NCBI GenBank assembly: GCA_041694815.1
Contig: JBGFSC010000012.1
Coordinates: 1-62,745, forward strand
Length of the DNA stretch: 62,745 nt
Reading direction: 5' to 3'
From: Elusimicrobiota bacterium
GTDB taxonomy: Bacteria > Elusimicrobiota > Elusimicrobia > UBA1565 > JACRDR01
Position 1 is the stretch's first letter. Each line of letters starts with the position of its first letter. A program made the position numbers and the translations under genes. The notes under the pieces are model-generated. The model had not been told where the DNA came from, made no database searches, and saw nothing but the letters and a program-made list of their open reading frames with translations. Positions 8,478 through 18,288 of the stretch are shown piece after piece.

Positions 8478-9230
8478 ATGTCGCTGACAAAGGACGGTGC
8501 CCGTCAGCTTCTGCAACTGCAGGAACAGGACAAGGCCATCGACGCCCTGCAGGCCGCCATCGACAAAATCCCCCTTAAAATCAACGAGATCCGCGGGCAG
8601 ATGGAATCGCGCAAGTCCCGCCTCGCCGAGACGAGGTCGAAGTCCAACGCCTCCCTGTTGCGCAAAAAGGAAAAGGAATCCCTGCTCTCCGAAAAGGAGG
8701 CCGGCATCAAGAAGCATCACCAGGAGCTCAACCAGGTCAAGACCAACGAGGCCTTCAAGGCCTTGCAGACGGAGATCGACAAGGCCAAGGCGGAGGTGGG
8801 CGACCTCGAGACCGAGATCCTGACCATCATGGAGGAGCTCGACGCGCTGGCGGCGGAGGAAAAGCGCGTCGCCTCCGAGATCAAGGAGAGCGACGCCAAG
8901 GCCCAGGGGGAAATCGCGGCGCTGGAAAAGGAAAAATCCGAGCTGGAGGCGAGGGCCCAAGGCGAGCGCGGCAAGCGCGAGGGGCTCTTCGCAGGCCTGC
9001 CGGAGGACGTACTCAAGCGCTATGAATACCTGCGCAAACGCAAGCCCGACGGCGTGGCGTTGGCGCCGCTAAGAAAGAACCTCTGCGGGGCCTGCCGCAT
9101 CTCCCTGCCGCCGCAAATGACCGTCGAGGTGATGAAGGGTTCCATGGTCACCTGCGAAAGCTGCCAGCGCATCCTGTATATCCCAGAGGCCGCCGATAAG
9201 GCGGCCAGCGCCGCGCCTCCCGCGGCTTAG
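8478..9230 (+). CDS. Coiled-coil protein with C4 zinc ribbon (DUF164/CT398-like)
   Basis: LLQLQEQD start, long coiled coil, CGAC...CESCQRIL. Confidence 0.9.
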   Translation: MSLTKDGARQLLQLQEQDKAIDALQAAIDKIPLKINEIRGQMESRKSRLAETRSKSNASLLRKKEKESLLSEKEAGIKKHHQELNQVKTNEAFKALQTEIDKAKAEVGDLETEILTIMEELDALAAEEKRVASEIKESDAKAQGEIAALEKEKSELEARAQGERGKREGLFAGLPEDVLKRYEYLRKRKPDGVALAPLRKNLCGACRISLPPQMTVEVMKGSMVTCESCQRILYIPEAADKAASAAPPAA

Positions 9231-9246
9231 CGCTACAGCGGCCGAG

Positions 9247-9654
9247 ATGACGGTCCACATATTCATCGACGGAGCGAGCCGGGGCAATCCCGGACCCGCG
9301 TCCATCGGAGTGCTCCTCTTGGACACCGCGGGAGGAACGCTCAAGGAATACGGGCGCCGCATCGGGGAGGCCACCAACAATGTGGCCGAATACACGGCCC
9401 TGCTCGAGGCGTTGCGACTGGCCAAGGAGCTCGGCGCCAGCGTCCTGAAAGTCCACTCCGATTCGCAGCTGCTCGTCCGGCAGTTCAATGGCGATTATCG
9501 CGTCAAGAGCGCGCACTTGCTGGATTATCTGAAACGGATCATGAAGCTCAGAGGCGACTTTAAGTCGGTGGAATTGCTGCATGTCCCGCGCGAGCAGAAC
9601 CGACGCGCCGATCGTCTCGCCAACCGCGCCTTGGACGAGGTGCCTCTCCCGTGA
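9247..9654 (+). CDS. rnhA: Ribonuclease HI
   Basis: DGASRGNPG, TNNVAEY, DSQL, HVPREQNRRADRLAN. Confidence 0.93.
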   Translation: MTVHIFIDGASRGNPGPASIGVLLLDTAGGTLKEYGRRIGEATNNVAEYTALLEALRLAKELGASVLKVHSDSQLLVRQFNGDYRVKSAHLLDYLKRIMKLRGDFKSVELLHVPREQNRRADRLANRALDEVPLP

Positions 9655-10868
9655 TCCTGCGCCGCGGAGAGCTGCCCTCCACGCCGCATACGGAATTCCG
9701 TTGGCGCGGCTCTTTCACCCTGGAGGAGATCCACGGCAGCTACGGCTTCAGCGGGCCGCATTCCCGCAAGCTGCATCTGCGCTGCTATCCCACGGAGCAG
9801 ATTCGCCCACCGGCCCCCGGCGCCTTCGACCTGAGCCTCCGCCGGCCGCCCGAGGCGGCCCTCCTGCAGCCCTATCACTTGCGCACCTGGAAGGCCACGC
9901 CCGGCAAGGACGCGATCCGCGCCCGCACCCCGCTGATTTTCGGCCCCCACACCGTGCTGTCCGTCTCGCGCTCCTCCCAAAACATGCCCGACGGCGTATT
10001 TTTCAAGAACGGCGAAAAGCACGAGCTATACTTCGTCCAAGAGGGGCGCGGCGTACTGGCCAGCGAATACGGCGAGATCGCCTTCCGCCGCGGGCATTAC
10101 CTCGTCATCCCGAAGGGCACGACATACCGCCTATCGCTGGCCGCGCCGTCTTTTTTTCTCGTCGTCGAATCGACGTATCCGATCGCCTTCGCCCCGCACC
10201 ACCTTAACCGGGCGGGGCAGGCCAAGCTGATGGCGCCGGTAGTCGAGACCGAGATCGAGGCCCCCCAATTGCGGGAGCCGATCGACCGCAGGGGGGAGCA
10301 CTTCGTCGACGTCAAGCACGGGGGCGGCCGCATCACGCGCCTGACCCTGGGCCACCATCCCTTCGACCTCGTCGGCTGGGAGGGAGCGCTCTACCCCTTC
10401 GCCTTCGACGTCGCCCGTCATTACGGGATCGCCCGCGCGATCCACACGGCCCCGCCGATGCATCAGACCTTCGAGTCAGGATCGCCGCCTCAAGGCGGAT
10501 TCTCGATCTGCTCCTTCGTGCCGCAGCCCGAGGGCTGGCATCCCAAGGACATCCCGGCCCCCTACGCCCATTCCAACGTCGACTCCGACGAGTGCATGTT
10601 TTTCTCCAACGCGCAGTACGGAGCCCGGAAGGGAGTCATCCGGCCGGGATCGCTCACCTTCCATCCCGGCTCGCTTCCCCATAGCCCCCAGGGCCGCGCT
10701 GCCGAGCATTCCCGCTCGGAGCGAGGCAAGATGTCCAAGCGCCTCGCGGTGATGCTCGACACCTTCTTCGAGAGCCTGGAGGTCACGGAGCAGGGCTACC
10801 GCCTCCGCGACCCCGGATACGCCTTGAGCTGGTCGGACCGCAAGGCAAAGGAGCAGCCCTCCCAGTGA
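9651..10868 (+). CDS. hmgA: Homogentisate 1,2-dioxygenase-like protein
   Basis: HHPFDLVGWEG, PPMHQTF, PYAHSNVDSDE, LTFHPGSLPHSP (His/Glu/His iron ligands). Confidence 0.85.
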   Translation: MILRRGELPSTPHTEFRWRGSFTLEEIHGSYGFSGPHSRKLHLRCYPTEQIRPPAPGAFDLSLRRPPEAALLQPYHLRTWKATPGKDAIRARTPLIFGPHTVLSVSRSSQNMPDGVFFKNGEKHELYFVQEGRGVLASEYGEIAFRRGHYLVIPKGTTYRLSLAAPSFFLVVESTYPIAFAPHHLNRAGQAKLMAPVVETEIEAPQLREPIDRRGEHFVDVKHGGGRITRLTLGHHPFDLVGWEGALYPFAFDVARHYGIARAIHTAPPMHQTFESGSPPQGGFSICSFVPQPEGWHPKDIPAPYAHSNVDSDECMFFSNAQYGARKGVIRPGSLTFHPGSLPHSPQGRAAEHSRSERGKMSKRLAVMLDTFFESLEVTEQGYRLRDPGYALSWSDRKAKEQPSQ

Positions 10869-11626
10869 AGACGGCCACCTTCAACTTCGTCGCCGATCAC
10901 CTCACGCTTCTGCTCGACCCCTCGATCTACAAGCCGACCTACGCCCTCCTGCGCATCGTCTTCGGCGTATCCCGGAGAGGGATCGTCTACGAGAAGCGCA
11001 AGCGCTGGCCAGGGACGAAGGAGCCCTCCTCGATGACCTTCGCGGCGGACATCGGCGACGCCTTCAAGGAACGGGGTGCCAAGACCGCCCGCACGATGAT
11101 CGCGGTGGTGCAGCCGACCGAGCCGCTGGGGCAGCGCTCGCACGTGCGCGAGATGCTCGCCGGGCACGGGCCCTCCGCCCACCTGCAGCATATCGCGCTG
11201 AGGACTCCCGACCTCATCTCCTTCTACGAGCACGCCCTCGCCCGCGGGGTTAATTTCATCACCCCCATCATGCGCGAGGAGGACGAGGACCTGCTCCAGG
11301 TGTTTTCCGGCGAGCTCTACGCGCCCGGGCAGCGCCCGACCGGGCTCTTTTTCGAGTTCGTGCAGCGCCAGGTGACGGGCCGGCTTCTGGAACGCCTCAA
11401 GGCCATGGACCGGCAGGCGTTTTTCCGGGACAAGACCTTCCTAGGACTCTACGGCGAGAAGGAGAAGGAATACCAAAGCGGCCGGGTCACTCCCTTCATC
11501 GACCACTCCCTGATGAGGCGGATCCAGGACTATTTGGCGAAGAAGCCGTTGTGGGAGATATCCGACGCCGATTTAAGGCGCATCGAAGAGATGATGCTGG
11601 ACTACGCGTCAAAAAAAACGAGATGA
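10865..11626 (+). CDS. VOC-family protein matching only the catalytic C-terminal half of 4-hydroxyphenylpyruvate dioxygenase
   Basis: ADHLT, LQHIAL, LLQVFS, FFEFVQR (H/H/E triad); 253 aa; adjacent to hmgA. Confidence 0.7.
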   Translation: MKTATFNFVADHLTLLLDPSIYKPTYALLRIVFGVSRRGIVYEKRKRWPGTKEPSSMTFAADIGDAFKERGAKTARTMIAVVQPTEPLGQRSHVREMLAGHGPSAHLQHIALRTPDLISFYEHALARGVNFITPIMREEDEDLLQVFSGELYAPGQRPTGLFFEFVQRQVTGRLLERLKAMDRQAFFRDKTFLGLYGEKEKEYQSGRVTPFIDHSLMRRIQDYLAKKPLWEISDADLRRIEEMMLDYASKKTR

Positions 11627-11646
11627 GACGAGCTGGCCCCCTCGGC

Positions 11647-11675
11647 TACTTGCCTCCCCGTGGGGGAGGCAAGTA
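11647..11675 (+). repeat. Perfect 13-bp hairpin over the batA ribosome-binding site (copy 1)
   Basis: TACTTGCCTCCCC-GTG-GGGGAGGCAAGTA. Confidence 0.8.
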
Positions 11676-11677
11676 AC

Positions 11678-12667
11678 TTGCGGTTTGAGCACCCCGCGTG
11701 GCTGCTGGCGGCGCTTGGGGCGCTGGCGGCGGGATGGGCCTCGCTGCGCTTCTTGGAGCCGCGCCGCGCCGCGATGGGTTTTCCCGGCGCCGCCGAACTG
11801 GCCCACGCCGCGGGCTCCGGTCGCTGGGCGAGGGCGCTTGGCGTCCTCCTTAAGACCGGCGCCCTAGTCCTTTGCGCCGTCGCTCTCGCCCGCCCGCAGA
11901 GCTCGCTGCGGCGCTTGGCGACGCTGACGCAGGGCATCGACATATTACTCGCCATGGATACCTCCACCAGCATGCGCGCGCTGGACTTCGACCCGGTCGA
12001 CCGCATGGGAGCGGCCAAGGAGACCGCCAAGCGCTTCATCGAGGGGCGGACGGCCGACCGCATCGGGCTGGTCGTCTTCGGCGGGGCGCCGCTCTTGGGC
12101 TGCCCGCTGACGCTCGATTACGAGGCGCTATTTCAAACCCTGGCGGATATCGAAGCCGGCATGACGGGCGTCGAAGGGACCGCCATCGGAGACGGGATCG
12201 TCGCCGCCGCCGATCACCTACGCAGCAGCCGATCCTCCGGCAAGGTGATCATCCTGCTGACCGACGGCCGCAATAACACCGGGACCATCGATCCATTGAC
12301 CGCGGCCAAGACCGCGTCGGCGCTCGGCATCAAGATATATACCATCGGCACCGGAAAGCGGGGGGCGAGCGTAATCCCGATCGATGACCCCAACCGAGGG
12401 CGGGTGCTGGTCCCGATCCAAGATGACATAGACGAAGACGCGCTCGCCCAGGTCGCGGCCGCCGCGGGGGGCCGCTACTTCCGGGCGACCAGCCTACGCG
12501 AGCTCGCGCAGATATACGCGGAGATCGACCGCCTGGAGAAAAGCCAGGTCCAGCGTCCGCCGGCCGCCCAATACCGGGACCTTTACCCGTGGCTGCTCGT
12601 GCCCGCCTTGCTGCTGCTGGCGGCGGAAATGGCACTCTCAAGGACGCTTCTGTTGAGGATTCCCTAA
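11678..12667 (+). CDS. batA: VWA-domain protein BatA
   Basis: (M)RFEHP start at TTG after GGAGG, ALARPQ, MIDAS DTSTS, TAIGDG, LLTDG, C-terminal TM; start could instead be GTG 11660. Confidence 0.88.
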   Translation: MRFEHPAWLLAALGALAAGWASLRFLEPRRAAMGFPGAAELAHAAGSGRWARALGVLLKTGALVLCAVALARPQSSLRRLATLTQGIDILLAMDTSTSMRALDFDPVDRMGAAKETAKRFIEGRTADRIGLVVFGGAPLLGCPLTLDYEALFQTLADIEAGMTGVEGTAIGDGIVAAADHLRSSRSSGKVIILLTDGRNNTGTIDPLTAAKTASALGIKIYTIGTGKRGASVIPIDDPNRGRVLVPIQDDIDEDALAQVAAAAGGRYFRATSLRELAQIYAEIDRLEKSQVQRPPAAQYRDLYPWLLVPALLLLAAEMALSRTLLLRIP

Positions 12668-14277
12668 TGGACCTCTTCCGCACTCCTTGGCTCCTATCGG
12701 CCCTGCTGCCGACCCTCCTGGGGGCGTGGGCGCTAGCACGCTGGAGCGCGCGGCGCCGCAACCGGCTCCTGCAGTCCTTCGGGGATCCCAGGACACTCTC
12801 TAGGCTCTCTCCATCGGACGCGGAACCCAGGCGTAGGATCAAGTTCGGGCTGCAATGCGCGGCGGTTTCACTGATCCTGGTGGCGCTCGCCGGCCCGCAA
12901 TGGGGCATCGAACTCGTCACCAGCGAAGCCATGGGCGTGCAGGTCTTCGTCGCTCTTGACACCTCGCTCTCGATGCTGGCCGAGGACCTCAAACCCAATC
13001 GATTCGAGAAAGCAAAAAGCGAGATGAGCCAGATCCTCTCGGGCCTCAAGGGGCAGCGTGTGGGAATCATCGCCTTCTCCGGAAAGGCCCGCGTGCAATG
13101 CCCCCTGACGACGGATATCGACGCCGCGCGATCCATACTCGGCTGGATGCAGGTCGGCATGATCCCCCAGTCGGGCACGGCGATCGCCGAAGCCTTGGAG
13201 ACGGCGACGGCCCTGCTCTCCCGTTATCCGGGCCAAAAGGCCTTCGTGCTTCTGACCGACGGCGAGGACAGGCGCCCGGGCGCATTGGCGGCCGCGAAAG
13301 CGGCCGAGAAGGCGGGCGTACGCGTTTACGTCATCGGGGTCGGGACGCCCGAGGGCGAGCCGATCCCGCTGCGCGACGCCCAAGGGGCGTCCCTAGGCTA
13401 CAAAAAGGACCGTAGCGGCTCCACCGTGATCAGCAAACTGGGGGAAGAGGGGCTCATCGAGCTCGCCGCGGCCGCCTCCGGGGCCTACTACCGGGCGAGC
13501 CCACAGGAAAACGAGGCGGCCTCCGTCCTACAGCACATCCTGCAGATGGAAAAGTCCCGAATCGATTCCGGCTCCTCGAATCTGTTCAAGAACCGCTACC
13601 GCGTTCCACTACTGCTGGCCGCCCTGCTGCTCGCGGCGGAGTTGCTGATGGCCGATACGCGCGCGGCGGCGGCCGCCCTGCTATTGATCGCGCCCCTCTC
13701 GGGCTGCGGCCGGCAAAAATCGGCCTTGGATATCTGGAGCGGCAATCGCGCCTATCATGCCCAGCGCTACGATGAGGCCTTGGAGCGCTATAGCCGCCGA
13801 TCCGAGCCGCGGGCCTCCTTCAACACGGCCGACGCCCAATACAAGCTCGGGCGATTCGACGAAGCGGCGCAAAATTTCTCCCAATTTACCGATACCGCCG
13901 CCGCGAAGGGGCTAGCACCCGCGGCCTGGTATAACCAAGGCAATTCTCTCTACCGGCAAGGGCAGTATGCCGCCGCGGCCGAGGCGTATAAGCGATGCCT
14001 GTTGCTGGACCCCAAGGACGAGGATTGTCGCTTCAACCTGATCAAGTCGCTTGAGGCCCGCGTGAAGCCGCCCCAAAAATCCCAGCAGCCAAGGGATCAG
14101 AAGGACCAAAAAAACGAACCGGGTGGCGCGCCCCCTCCGCCTCCCAGGCCTCAGGGCATGTCTCCCGAGGACGCCCAACGCGTCCTCCAGGCGGTCCGTG
14201 ACAAGGAGCAGGGCCTGGCCAGGCAGCAAATGCAGCGCCGCGGCGCCAAACAACAAAAGGAGGAGGAGGATTGGTGA
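12667..14277 (+). CDS. batB: BatB (VWA)-BatC (TPR) fusion
   Basis: ALAGPQWG, DTSLSM, LLTDGED, then TPRs (AWYNQGNSLY), Q/K/P-rich linker and terminal DW of BatC. Confidence 0.85.
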   Translation: MDLFRTPWLLSALLPTLLGAWALARWSARRRNRLLQSFGDPRTLSRLSPSDAEPRRRIKFGLQCAAVSLILVALAGPQWGIELVTSEAMGVQVFVALDTSLSMLAEDLKPNRFEKAKSEMSQILSGLKGQRVGIIAFSGKARVQCPLTTDIDAARSILGWMQVGMIPQSGTAIAEALETATALLSRYPGQKAFVLLTDGEDRRPGALAAAKAAEKAGVRVYVIGVGTPEGEPIPLRDAQGASLGYKKDRSGSTVISKLGEEGLIELAAAASGAYYRASPQENEAASVLQHILQMEKSRIDSGSSNLFKNRYRVPLLLAALLLAAELLMADTRAAAAALLLIAPLSGCGRQKSALDIWSGNRAYHAQRYDEALERYSRRSEPRASFNTADAQYKLGRFDEAAQNFSQFTDTAAAKGLAPAAWYNQGNSLYRQGQYAAAAEAYKRCLLLDPKDEDCRFNLIKSLEARVKPPQKSQQPRDQKDQKNEPGGAPPPPPRPQGMSPEDAQRVLQAVRDKEQGLARQQMQRRGAKQQKEEEDW

Positions 14278-16097
14278 GGCTCCTTCTCACGCTCCTAGTG
14301 CTTCTGGCTCCGCCGACTCGCGCGCAGGAGGTATCGATCACGGCCGAGCTCGACCGCACCGTCGCCGCATTGGATGAACGGTTGACGCTCACGGTCACCG
14401 TCTCGGGCGATCGCACCGATCTGCCCGATCCTCAATTGCCCTCGATGCCCAATCTCTCCGTCTACTCGTCCGGGCGCAGCCAAAACATCGCCTTCGTCAA
14501 CGGACGGGTCTCGAGCCGGATCGCCCACACCTTCGTCTTATCGCCCCGTTTCGTTGGAAAGGCCAGCATCGGCCCCATCGCCGTGACGGTCGATGGCCGG
14601 CGCTTCGAGACCTCCCCGATCGAGTTCCAGATCGTGCGTCCCAGCGGCCAGCCAACGGCGGGGATTCTCCCGCCGCCGAGGGCCCCGCGCCCTCCGGAGC
14701 CGAGCGCTTCGGCGCAGGGTCATTTCGGCCCGGACGTCTTCGTAACCGCGGACGTCGACAAGAAAAAGGTCTATGTGAACGAGCAGGTGACGCTGACCGT
14801 CCGTTTCTATACGGCTGTCTCGCTTTTGGGCAATCCGGAATACGTCGCCCCGGTGACGCAGGGCTTCCTTTCCGAGGATCTGCCGCCCGAACGGCACGGG
14901 CAGGTCCCCTTCAAGAACCGCAACTATCATTATTCCGAGATCAAATCCGCGCTTTTCCCCGCGCAGGCGGGGCGGCTCAAGATCGGGTCGGCCGTGGTGC
15001 GCTGCCAGGTCCAGGCGGCCGAGGCGGTGGACCCCTTTGCCCCTGATTTTTTTCAGCGTTTCTTCTCCCAAGGCCTTCTGTCGGGCCAGACGAAGGAGTT
15101 AAGGACCGAACCGATCACCCTCGAGGTTTTACCTCTTCCGGAGGCTGGCAAGCCGGAATCCTTCAGCGGGGCCGTAGGGCAGTACCGCATCGGCGCCGAA
15201 ACGGACAAGCGCAGCCTCAAGGCCGGCGACGCGCTCAACCTAACGGTGACGATCGAAGGCTCGGGCAATCTCAAGGCATTGGGCGAGCCCTCCCTCCCCG
15301 CCATGCCCTCCTTCCGGGTCTATGACACCGTCAGCTCGCTTAATCTAAACAAGGCTCAAGACCGGGTGCACGGCTCGAAGGTTTTCAAGACGGTGCTCGT
15401 TCCGAAGGCTTCGGGCGGGCTGAGCGTTCCTTCCATCCCCTTCAGCTACTTCGATCCGGCGCGTGGAGAATACGTTCGAGCCGGCACGGCGCCCATCGAG
15501 TTGCAGGTGGCTCCAGGCGCGGGCCCCGGTCCTTCGGCCAGTTTCGTCGCCCCGAGCGCCGGCGGCGGGGAATTGACCCCGATGCAGGAGGATATCCGCT
15601 ATGTGAAGGGAGGAGCCGGAAATCCGTTCCTTTCACGGCTCTTGGCCCGTCCCGCGGGGCTTCGGTGGATCCACGCGACGCCCTTGCTGGTGTTCATCCT
15701 GAGCTTGGCGGCGGCGCGGCGACGCGAGCGTCTCGACCTCGATCCGGCGGGAAGGCGCTTCCGGGGGGCCATGGTCTCGGCCTTACGGGAAATTCGTCAA
15801 GCCGAGCGTTGCGCCTCGGAAAACCCTTCGCGAGCGGCGGCGCATCTCTTCGAGGCCCTCGCCGGGTTCCTGGCGGACAAGCTCGACCGCTCGGCCTCGG
15901 GACTCACCCTGCGCGAAGCCCAGGAGGCGCTATCACGAATGGCGGGCGCGGAGCGCTCCCAGACACTCAAAAGCCTTTGGGAGGAGATCGAGCAGCTACG
16001 CTTCGCGCAGACGGCCCTGGCCGGCAGCGAGGTGCTAGCCCTCATCCCGCGCCTCGAAGGGCTCCTTGAGGCGCTCGACACGGAGATGAAGCGATGA
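14271..16097 (+). CDS. batD: BatD-family protein
   Basis: Signal peptide, repeated beta domains (VYVNEQV, FSGAVGQY, IPFSYFDP), EDIRY, TM helix. Confidence 0.88.
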   Translation: MVRLLLTLLVLLAPPTRAQEVSITAELDRTVAALDERLTLTVTVSGDRTDLPDPQLPSMPNLSVYSSGRSQNIAFVNGRVSSRIAHTFVLSPRFVGKASIGPIAVTVDGRRFETSPIEFQIVRPSGQPTAGILPPPRAPRPPEPSASAQGHFGPDVFVTADVDKKKVYVNEQVTLTVRFYTAVSLLGNPEYVAPVTQGFLSEDLPPERHGQVPFKNRNYHYSEIKSALFPAQAGRLKIGSAVVRCQVQAAEAVDPFAPDFFQRFFSQGLLSGQTKELRTEPITLEVLPLPEAGKPESFSGAVGQYRIGAETDKRSLKAGDALNLTVTIEGSGNLKALGEPSLPAMPSFRVYDTVSSLNLNKAQDRVHGSKVFKTVLVPKASGGLSVPSIPFSYFDPARGEYVRAGTAPIELQVAPGAGPGPSASFVAPSAGGGELTPMQEDIRYVKGGAGNPFLSRLLARPAGLRWIHATPLLVFILSLAAARRRERLDLDPAGRRFRGAMVSALREIRQAERCASENPSRAAAHLFEALAGFLADKLDRSASGLTLREAQEALSRMAGAERSQTLKSLWEEIEQLRFAQTALAGSEVLALIPRLEGLLEALDTEMKR

Positions 16098-16837
16098 GCT
16101 CGTTGCGCGCGGCGCTTGTGTGCCTCTTGGCCTGCCTTTCCCACGGGAGCGCGGGCACGATCGAAGAGGCCAACCAGCTCTACCAGAAAGGAGACGCCGC
16201 GCAGGCCGCCCGGGCCTACGAGGCCCTCCTGTCCCAAGGGCCCAGCCCCGCGCTGTATTTCAATCTCGGCAACGCCCATTTCAAGCAAGCTTCTCCGGGA
16301 AGCCTGGGCAGGGCCGTCGCCGCCTACCTACAGGCTTATGAACTCCTGCCGCGCGACCCCGATATACGGCATAACCTAGAGTTCGCGCTGCGCCGGTCCG
16401 GAGAAAACCTTGTTCCCTCCGGAATGCCGCGGATTCTCCATCGGCTGTTTTATTTCCTAAGCTGGAAGGAGCTCTTGGGCTTGCAATGGATCCTCTATTG
16501 GCTGATGCTTCTCACGGCGTCCCTTGGCCTGCTGGTGCCGCCGTTGCGGCCGAAGCTGCGCCCCGTCCTGGCCACGGCATTCGCGTGCTGGGCGGCGGCC
16601 GGATCCTGGCTGGCCTTGCGCGCAAGCGCACGGACGGCCCGGCTCGGCGTCGTCGTGACACCGGCGGCCGAGGCCCGCAGCGGCCCGGGAACAAACTTTC
16701 CCGTCGGCTTCAGTGCCCCCGAAGGCAGGCGCGTCTGCGTGCTGGCGGAATCGGGCGATTGGCTCGAGATCGGGACTCTCAAGGAAGGGCTTAAGGGTTG
16801 GACCGAGGCTAAAAATATCCAGAGGATAAAAACATGA
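16094..16837 (+). CDS. batE: BatE (TPR plus SH3-like)
   Basis: ANQLYQKG, LYFNLGNA, PRDPDIRHNL, two TMs, C-terminal RSGPG...EG...W...GW. Confidence 0.85.
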   Translation: MSSLRAALVCLLACLSHGSAGTIEEANQLYQKGDAAQAARAYEALLSQGPSPALYFNLGNAHFKQASPGSLGRAVAAYLQAYELLPRDPDIRHNLEFALRRSGENLVPSGMPRILHRLFYFLSWKELLGLQWILYWLMLLTASLGLLVPPLRPKLRPVLATAFACWAAAGSWLALRASARTARLGVVVTPAAEARSGPGTNFPVGFSAPEGRRVCVLAESGDWLEIGTLKEGLKGWTEAKNIQRIKT

Positions 16838-18288
16838 AAAAAACGCGGACGGAAAAGGACTCTCTCGGCGCCAAGGAGGTCCCGGCCGAGGCCTATTACG
16901 GGGTCCAGACCTTGCGCGCCTGCGAGAATTTCCCGGTCTCGGGACTCCGCGCCCACCCGCATCTGCTGCGGGCTTACGCCTCGATCAAGAAGGCATGCGC
17001 CCTGGCCAACCGCGATCTCAAGGCCTTGCCCGAGACTATCGCGGGACCCATCCTGCGGGCCTGCGACGAGCTCCTGGCGGAGCTGGGCGGCGAGGGGCAA
17101 CGCCTTCGAAGCCATTTCATCGTCGATGTCTATCAGGCCGGAGCCGGCACCTCGTTCAACATGAACGTCAACGAGGTGATCACCAACCGCGCCTTGGAGA
17201 TTGCTGGCAAGGAGAAAGGCGATTACGCCTCGATCCATCCGAACGATCACGTCAACATGGCGCAGAGCACCAACGACACCTTCCCGACCGCGACGCATGT
17301 CGCCGTCGCCTTGCAGGCCGAGGATCTCCTGCCGGTGCTCGAAGCCCTTGAGAAATCATTCGCTCTCAAGGCGGAGGAATTCGCGGAGCATATCAAGTCG
17401 GCGCGCACGCATCTGCAGGACGCAGTACCGATCACCCTCGGCCAGGAATTCGCGGCGTACGCCGCGGCCGTCGGCGCATGCGCCCAAGAAATCGCGCGCC
17501 GAAAGGAGCTGTTGCACGCCGTCGCCCTGGGGGGGACGGCGGCGGGCACCGGGGCGAACACCCTCCCCGGATTCCGCGAGAAGGCCGTCGCCCACTTGGC
17601 CAAGATCACGGGGCTGCCCTTGACGCCCGCGTCCGACCCCCGGATGGCCCTGCAGAGCCATCAGCCGCTCTTGGCGGTCTCGGCGGCGCTCAAGGAGCTG
17701 GCGCTGGAGCTCATCCGCATCGCCAACGACCTCCGCCTGATGTGCTCCGGCCCAACAACCGGCTTCGCCGAGATCGTGCTGCCGGCCGTGCAGCCGGGAT
17801 CCTCGATCATGCCGGGGAAGGTGAATCCTTCGATCCCCGAGTGCCTGAACATGGTCTGCTTCCAGATCGTGGGCCGGGATCTCGCCAACTCCTTGGCCGG
17901 CCAAGCCGGGCAGATGGACTTGAACGTGATGACCCCGCTGACGGCCTATAACCTGCTGGACTCGATGCAGCTGCTCATCAATTTCCTTCCCCAAGTCGAC
18001 CGGCTTTGCGTGCGGGGCATCCAGGCGGACAAGGAGCAGTGCCGGCGCTATTTCGGCAGCAGTCTCTCCTTGGCGGCCCTGCTCAATCCTAAGATCGGCT
18101 ACGCCAAGGCGGCCGAGGTCTTCAATGAAGCACTCGCCAAGAAGACCACGGTCGAAAAGGTGGTGCTCGAGCGCAAGCTGCTTTCTCCGGAGGAGCTCGA
18201 GGAACTCTTCGATCCGGCGGCGGTGACCGGGATACTCGAAGGCGGGAAAGCCTCCGCCCGGAAGGCTCGGGGAAAAGTCAGGCCGTAA
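16834..18288 (+). CDS. aspA: Aspartate ammonia-lyase / class II fumarase
   Basis: RTEKDSLG, GAGTSFNMNVNE, HPNDHVNMAQSTND, RTHLQDA, GSSIMPGKVNP; aspA versus fumC not resolved. Confidence 0.85.
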   Translation: MKKTRTEKDSLGAKEVPAEAYYGVQTLRACENFPVSGLRAHPHLLRAYASIKKACALANRDLKALPETIAGPILRACDELLAELGGEGQRLRSHFIVDVYQAGAGTSFNMNVNEVITNRALEIAGKEKGDYASIHPNDHVNMAQSTNDTFPTATHVAVALQAEDLLPVLEALEKSFALKAEEFAEHIKSARTHLQDAVPITLGQEFAAYAAAVGACAQEIARRKELLHAVALGGTAAGTGANTLPGFREKAVAHLAKITGLPLTPASDPRMALQSHQPLLAVSAALKELALELIRIANDLRLMCSGPTTGFAEIVLPAVQPGSSIMPGKVNPSIPECLNMVCFQIVGRDLANSLAGQAGQMDLNVMTPLTAYNLLDSMQLLINFLPQVDRLCVRGIQADKEQCRRYFGSSLSLAALLNPKIGYAKAAEVFNEALAKKTTVEKVVLERKLLSPEELEELFDPAAVTGILEGGKASARKARGKVRP

